This document shows, one piece after another, positions 55,585 to 64,000 of a stretch of 64,000 nucleotides of DNA; position 1 is the first letter of the stretch; each line of letters starts with the position of its first letter. Made by a program: the position numbers and the translations under genes. Under the pieces are notes generated by a model. That model had not been told where the DNA came from, did not search any database, and saw nothing but the letters and a program-made list of their open reading frames with translations. The stretch is from Octopus vulgaris (lineage: Eukaryota): the NCBI GenBank assembly GCA_951406725.2, contig OX597823.1, positions 110,360,001-110,424,000 of the forward strand, written 5' to 3'.

Positions 55585-55989
55585 GCTTATAAACCGTGCA
55601 TTGGATAAAGAAAATAGTCTAATATTTGGACATATAAAACCACGATGGAAAAAGTGAACGCACTTTTTTCCGTCGTGGATTTATATGCGTCAATATTAGA
55701 CTATATTCTTTAGCCAATACATGGCAATCGCTTATAAGCTTTAAGCTTATAATTATGATTATTACGCGCACGAGCGCGCGCACACACACATACACATACG
55801 TGCACACACAAACATGCACACACGCACACACACACATACATGTATATGATGGATTCTCTTGTGAATGACAATGACGGTTCAGTAAAATAAAGCGTTAATC
55901 ATGTTGTATAGACACGAATATGTAGTTTGAGGCCTGCTGTTGCCTTGCAAACCTTTTGAGGACTCTGTTTGCTTTAGTGCATGTGGATC

Positions 55990-58147
55990 TATTCTGACAC
56001 CCAGAGCCTTTACACGGTGATCCCTCACCACTAAGGGCTGCGTGCACTCCAACATTTTCTTGACCTTCGACCTAACCCCCAACCTGACACATCCACATTC
56101 GTTCGTCTACCCGAACTTGTCCTCTCGCTCAACTGCTTCTCGTTCGCTGGTGATTTTTATCAGCAGTATTCGGGACTAGCCATGGGAATGAGAATGGTCC
56201 CAACTATCCAAACCTGTTCGTTGGCTATGTTGAGGTCAAAATTTTCTCAAGTTTCACTAGTCCCACTCCCGAACTATACGGCCGTTATATTGGCGACTGT
56301 ATCGGTGCGACCTCATTCTCACGCGCACATCTAGACTCCTTTCCTTTGGTCAAATCTTTCCATCCTGCCCTCCACTTCTCCTGTACTATCTCTGACACCT
56401 CTGTCTCCTTTCTTGACATTTCGGTCAGCATTCATCACTCCACTCTCACCACCTCCATCCACTACAAACGCACAGACTCATACTCATATCTAAACTTCTC
56501 CTCCTGCCACCCCAAACACACCAAGCTTTCCGTCCCCTATTCCCAATTCCTCCGTCTACGTAGGATCTGTAGTGACGCCCATGACTTTGAGTCTCAGTAT
56601 CAACTCATGACTCGCCACTTCATCGTACGTGGATATCCTCTCATCACTTTCCACACCACCCCTGCAAGAGCACGTTTCGTGGACCATGCATCTTCCCTCT
56701 CCTTCCGCACCCACCCCGCCGTCTCCCGTTTCTCCTCACCTACCACCCCACCACCCTACCTCTCCAACGCACCATTCTCCGAGCTTTCCGGTGACTCCAG
56801 TCCGACACCTCCACTTCGCACATCTTCCCTACCCGACCCCTCCCCTCCTTCAAACGAGCTCACAACCTACGAGACCTCTTGGTCCACAGCTTCTTCCCTA
56901 ACCCAACCTCCCAACCTGGCTCGTTTCTCTGCTCCTGCCCACGCTGCCGCCCTTGCCCTTAACTCTCCAACACCACCCTCCTCACCGGCACCCATCATCG
57001 ACCCTATCACATCATCGACTCCTTCACCTGCACATCTACTAATGTCATCTACTGCATCTCCTGCTCTCTCTGCCCTTCTCTATACATCGGGCAAACGGGA
57101 CTCTGCTTGGCTGACCGGTTCGCGGAACAACCCAAGACTTCTGACTCGGGAATGACACTCCGGTTTCGCGCCATTTCCGCTCTATCGAGCACTCTTTGCA
57201 ACAACTGTCTGTGTTCAGATTGTCTTTGCACAGGGACCATCCGGACTCCCGTTTGCGCCGTGAAAAAGGATTAATCTTCTCTCTTCGCTCTTTTGCGCCA
57301 CATCGACTCAACTCTTCTCCCCCTCCTCTTTCCTCCTCACACCTACTTCCTCCCACCCACCTCTCTTCTCTTGCTCCGACTCCTACTTCTTCTCTTCACT
57401 CCTTCTCTCCTTCTATTTTTTCTTCACTCCTACCCACCTTCTCTCTTCCCCATCATTTATCGTCACCCCCCCCCCCCCGTAACCACACCCCTACAAATCC
57501 AACTCCACCTTCCCTATCCATCCCACCCACCCCATCCCTTACACCCACTCCCACATACCCCATTTCTACCCCACCCTTCACCTACCCACATACCCCACCT
57601 CTATCCCACACTCAGCCTAACCCCCACCTCCACCGTTGCTTTCCCCTCTCTCTCCTCCCCCACCTCTCAACACCATGACATCACACCACACACCACTACA
57701 CCATACACCACCATACTACAACACCACATCACATCATATCACACCACCACGCTCACACTAACACTGACTAATTTCCAGTCCACATCCACACACCTACACC
57801 TACACAAACGCACACCAGCCCTCTTCCACACGCACATAATGCTCTCTTATACACACACACACACACACATACACACATACACCTTCGTTTTGGGATTACT
57901 ACTACTTTATTATCTCCTCTTCTTCCTCGCTCTCTTGTGTGACCCTTCTGTCCGGCATTCGTCATGATAGATTGCTAGCCACTACACATTCTTTACTTTC
58001 TCTCCTTGTTCTTTCTGTGTTCCTTTCTGTGGAAGAGCATAGGCTCGAAACATTAAAGACTTCTTCACTTCCCGAGCGTTAAACTAATACATCTGTTTGT
58101 TGTCTGCACTACCTGTCTTCGTCTTTTGTTTTCTTGTGAATTCTCCC
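55990..58147 (+). mobile_element. Penelope-like element (RT + Cys linker + GIY-YIG pseudogene + terminal repeat)
   Basis: DTQSLYTVIPH, LVLSLNCFSF...GLAMG, YGRYIGD, SFLDI, YKRTDSYSYLNFSSCHP...SVPYSQFLRLRRICS, C.CPRCRPC, NVIYCISC..C..LYIGQTG, RLRREKGLIFSL...P.RLN. 3' repeat at 57960-58147. Confidence 0.93.
58023..58058 (+). ncRNA. Hammerhead-like motif (CUGUNGA variant) in the PLE 3' repeat
   Basis: cttt-CTGTGGA-a-gagc-atag-gctc-GAAAC-att-aaag. Confidence 0.5.
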
Positions 58148-58629
58148 TACATACATACATACATACATACATACATACATACATACATACATACATACAT
58201 ACATAAATGCATACATACATACATACATACATACATACATACATACATACATACATACATACATACATACATACACACTCATACTTCTCCAAATATGCGA
58301 AAACGCACACACGCACACACAGAGACTACTTCACGTTTGCGTTACTCTCAAAAGTTTATAAATTCTACATCTTGTACAAGTTTATTGTTGTACTAGTGAT
58401 GGTGGCTGTGCTGGTGATCAGAATGAGGCGAAGGAAAATTGCTGTGCTAGTGATGTTGTGCTAGTGATGGCGATAATGATGATGATCAGGATGAAGTGAA
58501 AAAAAATGCCGAGTTTGAAGATGCTAATTCTTGTAGAAATTGTAGCATTGTTGGTAGTTTTCTTAATGGCAGTGCACATGGTAGCAAGAACGTGAAGTTA
58601 TCATCGTTGTTGTTGATGATGATGATAAT

Positions 58630-58841
58630 GTTGTTGTTAAGCAACAAGACGGGTTAGGGTGATTAGGTGCTGGTCTAGGGCTTAGGGGCGGGAGACCCCA
58701 GACCTTGGAAAAAAGAACTTTGGTTGTCTTGTCGTAGTCGAGGGCTCTTCGTTGACGCCCGACACCACTGGGTGGTGGCCCTCAATGTCGCTGGAAATGG
58801 AGATCTCCAGCTCCAAGTTCTTGAACGGCTGCTGCTGCTGC

Positions 58842-58911
<70 letters not shown>

Positions 58912-59118
58912 AAGCAACAGGATGGATAAGGGGGATTAGGTGATGGTCTAGGGCTTAGGGGCGGGAAACCACAGACATTGGAAGAAAAAACTTTGGTTGT
59001 CTTGTTGTAGTCGAGGGCTTTTCGTTGACGCCCGAAACCACTGGGAGGTGTCCCTCGAAGTCGCTGGAAATGGAGATCTCCAGGTCCAAATTCTTGAACG
59101 GCTGCTGCTGTTGTTGTT
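58630..59118. repeat. Tandem duplication of a ~190-bp GC-rich unit separated by (GCT)n(GTT)n
   Basis: 58639-58830 and 58912-59103 are diverged direct copies. Confidence 0.9.
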
Positions 59119-59934
59119 TGGTACAGTTCCTGTTCAAACGACACTCTACAGTCCTGTAAGCTAAATCATTCCATCGATGACCATCCAAATCCTTCTCTTA
59201 AGCACTGTTTAACCACAAGTTCTGATTAAGCAATCTGTTTATCCGGACATTTTTAATCGTAAGTAGAAGTACCACAGCTCATGTGTGTTTTACTCTTCCG
59301 AAATTGTAGGTATAATTGGTTGCTTTTTCTAGCATTCTAAAGCTCGCTTATAGGCTTATACATTGGCCCGTATTGGTTGAAGTAATTACACATCGTAGCT
59401 ACCACTGGGCAGTTGTTAATTGTGGTGGGTTATCATTGTAGTGATTGCTACAGCCAGGTTTGGCTTGATCAAACACATTCCAAAAGTGACTGTCCAATCT
59501 GAATTGCTAATGGTGGTGGTTAAGGTTTCGGCGGTTTTGGTGTTGGTATCAGAAACTCAAAGAGAACATGAACCACATCAGTCTCGCCAGTCAAGGCCGG
59601 TAAAGGTCACACTGACTGACCTTTCTTCTCTCTCTAATTAATAAATATAAACAATTAATGATGTTGGTATTAATATAAAGATGCTACTGACAAATGGAAA
59701 AGATGGGGGAGAGATGTTTGGCTGTGCTGGAGTTGCTACTGATGGGGGTGAAGATGACAGAATACACACACACACACGCACACATATTTATAACACACAC
59801 ACACACACACATGTATGTAATATAATATCTATATATGTATATATGCGTGTATATGGTATACACACACTCACATACACACATTCCTAGACCCGCGAGCTCG
59901 CGGATTCCTATTTCATTTAGTTCTGAGAGTTTTA

Positions 59935-60140
59935 TATTATTATCAATAATATCAATATTAATATTATTAACATTATTATTATTATTATTATTATTATAAT
60001 CATTATTATTAGTATTATTATTATTTTTATTATTATTACCATTATTATTATTAATATTACCATTATTATTATTGTTGTTATTATTATTATTATTGTTGTT
60101 GTTGTTGTTGTTGTTATTGTTGTGGTTATTATTGCTGTTG
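59935..60140. repeat. Degenerate (ATT)n/(GTT)n low-complexity tract
   Basis: Direct reading. Confidence 0.9.
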
Positions 60141-60582
60141 TTGATATTTTCATTTTTGCTTTATAATAATTTTTCTTATTTTAACTTTGCTTTCCCATTC
60201 TCGACGTTTATTTTTATTTTTATTTTGATGACTGTTATTATTATTGATGTCATTTATTTATTTTTTGTATTATTATTATCATTAATGTTGTTGGTGTTGT
60301 TGTTGTTATACATATTGATTTTCTTTCTAAAACGTCTAGACGTTGAAATTATATTTTAAAAAAATAAATACATTATTAAATGAAAGAAATTTAATAAAAC
60401 CCACAAAAGAGTTAATTAGCTAATGAGAAATTATGGAATTGTTTTCATATAGCTATTATGTCGTGTGCATGAGTGTGTATTTTATATACTTTTATGTATA
60501 TGTATATGTGTATATACATCTACATACATACATATGTATTTATATATATATATATATTTGTGAGAATATATATATATATATT

Positions 60583-60681
<99 letters not shown>

Positions 60682-61154
60682 TATATACATACACACTCAC
60701 ACATATATGAGGTTTAAAAACATATGTGTGTGTAAGTATGACTGGACTACTCAACACCGAATTGGTAGGTAAAATTTGTTTATTTATTTGTTGTATTTTC
60801 AACTTAGGTCACATATGCTGGTATCGCAGTTTTCCAATGCCTCGCATTAAAACTGGAGGCAGACCTTCTCCATTTTGTATTCGGTTACACATAATTTTAC
60901 AAGACTTCAAACCTGTATGGTGGTATATAAACAGAAACAATAGCATACACGTTTAATAGGGTAAAATAATACAGGGGCTTTAGAAGTGGTTGCTTCCCTT
61001 GCAATAGTTTTCATCTAGGTTAACGGCTAAATATCAGTGCATACAATCGTATGTTATCAGCAGAATTGGGAGAGCCTATGAATGTGTGTATAGTAAACAT
61101 GTAAACATATTCTGTGCAAATTAACTTATATTGAAAATATGTATTCATCTGATA

Positions 61155-61301
61155 CTCTCTCTTTTACTGTTTTACTTGTTTCAGTCATTTGACTGCAGCC
61201 ATGCTGGAGCACCGCCTTTAATCGAGCAACTCGACCCCGGGACTTATTCTTTGTAAGCCCAGTACTTATTCTATCGGTCTCTGTTTTCCGAACCGCTAAG
61301 T
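61155..61301 (-). mobile_element. SINE family A 3' fragment
   Basis: tttacttgtttcagtcatttgactgcagccatgctggagcaccgcc...ccgaaccgctaagt. Confidence 0.88.
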
Positions 61302-61306
61302 AATCT

Positions 61307-61359
<53 letters not shown>

Positions 61360-61370
<11 letters not shown>

Positions 61371-61455
61371 CTGAAGTTGTCTGTGTATGGCAGGTTTGGT
61401 AGCCTTCAACTAACATTATCTCCTCCGAGACCCTGCGGCGTAAGTTGACCAAAAA
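61360..61455 (+). mobile_element. Probable Helitron-type 5' fragment, abutting a SINE C fragment (61455-61510, -)
   Basis: The (ta)n-aaagctgaagttgtctgtgt start resembles non-autonomous Helitron 5' ends. No 3' end was found. Confidence 0.35.
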
Positions 61456-62296
61456 GGATCAAAGGTAAAGTTCACCTTGGCAGGTGTTGAACTCAGAACG
61501 TAAAGAACTGTAAGAAACACTGCAAGATATTATTCCTAAGCTCTAAACGTTTTGCCATCATTAAAAGTGTTAAGTAATGATGAGATTAGTCAGTTTAATA
61601 CACATGTAAAAAATTTCCCTAGGTATCGAATTAAACAGAGATACTAAATACATATTCATGCAAATTCAATAAATAGCGATCGATATAATAATTATTCTAG
61701 CTTGAGAGGGTAATTTTGTCAATAAATCACTGACATTACATGTATTTCAATGCGTTTTTTATACTGTGATTAATCATTAATTAAGTGATTTCGATGACTA
61801 GTAAATTAGTAAACTATTTGATTATTAATAATACGAAGCGAAATATAACCACTGCGTGTGTTTCTTTCGTAAAATGACCCACCTAAGTTACAAGAGCCTT
61901 TGTATCGACACTCGATTTCATAAAAGGTAGCTTTCAAAGCATACAAAAACGAGTTTAAATTAGTATTAGTCGTTAGGTTCAATTAAATTCCCTTGAAAAC
62001 ACTAGAGCTTGATGTTTTAAACCCATTTAAAAATAAAATTATGTATTTGTTGCAGACTGATTATAGTGATACAGGTTATATTTCTAGTTTACTGTATATC
62101 TCTGAACTTGATGAAATAAATATAATTTTGATGTAGATTCCGTCTCACGTCTGACAACCAGCAAAAAAACTGAACTCGATGTCAGCAAACTAAGCAGAAA
62201 AATGTTATACCTCAGCTATTTAAGAATATTTAAATATTCTTATTTCCTTTATTCCATACGTGTGTGTGTCTTCGTGCGTGTGCATATGCTTGTGTT

Positions 62297-62351
<55 letters not shown>

Positions 62352-62600
62352 CAGAATGACAGGCTGGCGTATAGTGAGACCGAACTAAGAACCACGCCGC
62401 TGCGAAAAGAACATTTGAACTATGTCTTCGCATGTGTGTGTGTGTGTGTAAAATATGTGTGTATCTCTGTATGCATATATATGTGTGTGTGTGTGTGTGT
62501 GTGGTGTGTGTGTGCGCGCGCGTATGAATATATATATTTATAGACAACCCTATTTGTAAGTGTGTGTGTGTATATACATCTATATCTATCTATCTATCTA

Positions 62601-62637
<37 letters not shown>

Positions 62638-63123
62638 GTATGCGAACATTTTTATTTGTGCATATGTGTGTGTATGAATATATGTTTGAAAGGAAATAAA
62701 TTTTGTATATGTATACACACACACATACATACATACATACATACATACATCTCCCTCTAGACATAGCTGTATGTGGCCATGCGGCGTTTTTGTCTGTGTG
62801 TATATCTGCATATGTCTTCAATATTAACAAGGATCAATGACTGTGTAATATCTGGTGTTATTATTAACGAGATCTCAACTCAATTTTGTGAAATTGAATT
62901 AAGAAAGAGAGTGAAGAGAAGCAGATATATAACTATCACAACAGAAGATCATAGTAAATGGCACCGTACTACATGAAATTGATGGAAATTACAGCAAAGG
63001 AAATAGTTTTCTTATATTATCTTGATTAACATACTTGTCTATAACAACCTTTCTCTTGTATATTCTCTCTCTTCTATTTACTATTTTCTAATTTTCTCTC
63101 TTTCTTTATCGCTATGAATTCCA

Positions 63124-63258
<135 letters not shown>

Positions 63259-64000
63259 TAAATAAATATATTTATATGTGTGTGTGGGAACGGAATTAAC
63301 GATGTATGTATGTGTATATATTTGTGTGCGTGTGTGTGTGTGTATGCTTGTGGTGTGTGTTTGTGTGCGTGTGATGCATATACATGAACACACATTCATG
63401 TATTTGTATTCAAAAACATGCGTATGAAAACAAAGGAGAAAAAGAGTATTCAATACTGATGTAGAGTATTATATTTTATTGGAAGCTGAAACTTCTTTAA
63501 GCCACATAATTCTATTAACTCATGTCCCCCTTTTTTTCTTCCATTTTATTTTATTTTGTGTACACCGATCATCAGGCTTCTCAATAAGAACCTTTCACCC
63601 AAAAAGTATTATCCAATCATACTTTCTATACTTATTTAAATTTATTCACTCCATCTCTTTCAGACATCTGTATTATGTTCCATTTTTCATTACTGTCTAA
63701 AGATCAGAGGCGGGGATGCCGATGTAACCATTCATAGAGTTTTAGTCTCCAATAAAATATGAAAATGTATGCTTGTATGTATGTATGAAGGCATTTCCAG
63801 TTTGTCCAATGTAAGTTTTTGTGGTACCATCTGTATCTGTGTTAACAGTACTTTTTATTCGTCAGGGGATTTGAAGTTATATGACCGTCATAGACTCCAC
63901 CACATGGTATTTTTCTTAATATGGTTGGCAAGTTGCAAGCCTATATTGGAGTGGCAAATAGAACTAACTTTTACCATGTTCTTATTAAAGATATTATCAC

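Noticed and set aside
56346-57967. Long Pro/Ser/His-rich ORFs
   Set aside because: They are frameshifted read-through of the Penelope pseudogene and its C-rich low-complexity 3' region.
59884-59903. Palindrome ccgcgagctcgcgg next to CTAG, like a Helitron 3' end
   Set aside because: No matching 5' end or second copy, and the spacing is atypical.

Overview
This window is AT-rich eukaryotic non-coding DNA (intronic or intergenic), saturated with (TA)n, (CA)n, (GATA)n, (CATA)n and (AAT)n microsatellites. I found no intact host protein-coding gene, and almost every ORF in the supplied track is a translation of a microsatellite. The repeat families and the simple-repeat density suggest an octopus or other coleoid cephalopod genome (inference from recalled repeat families, not a database hit). 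The complex sequence is a layered transposon graveyard: three tRNA-derived SINE families, CR1-type, Tx1/L1-type and probable Dong/R4 LINE remnants, several Penelope-like element (PLE) remnants with solo terminal repeats, Tc1/mariner remnants and MITEs, a hAT-type MITE and Helitron fragments. The most notable signals are: (1) a palindromic element at 34459-35048 made of two head-to-head tRNA-headed units, each ending in a minimal hammerhead ribozyme, which looks like a SINE mobilised by Penelope machinery; (2) about ten hammerhead-like motifs in the window, including a family with a non-canonical CUGUNGA core; (3) two SINE/LINE shared 3' tails that can both be read within the window.
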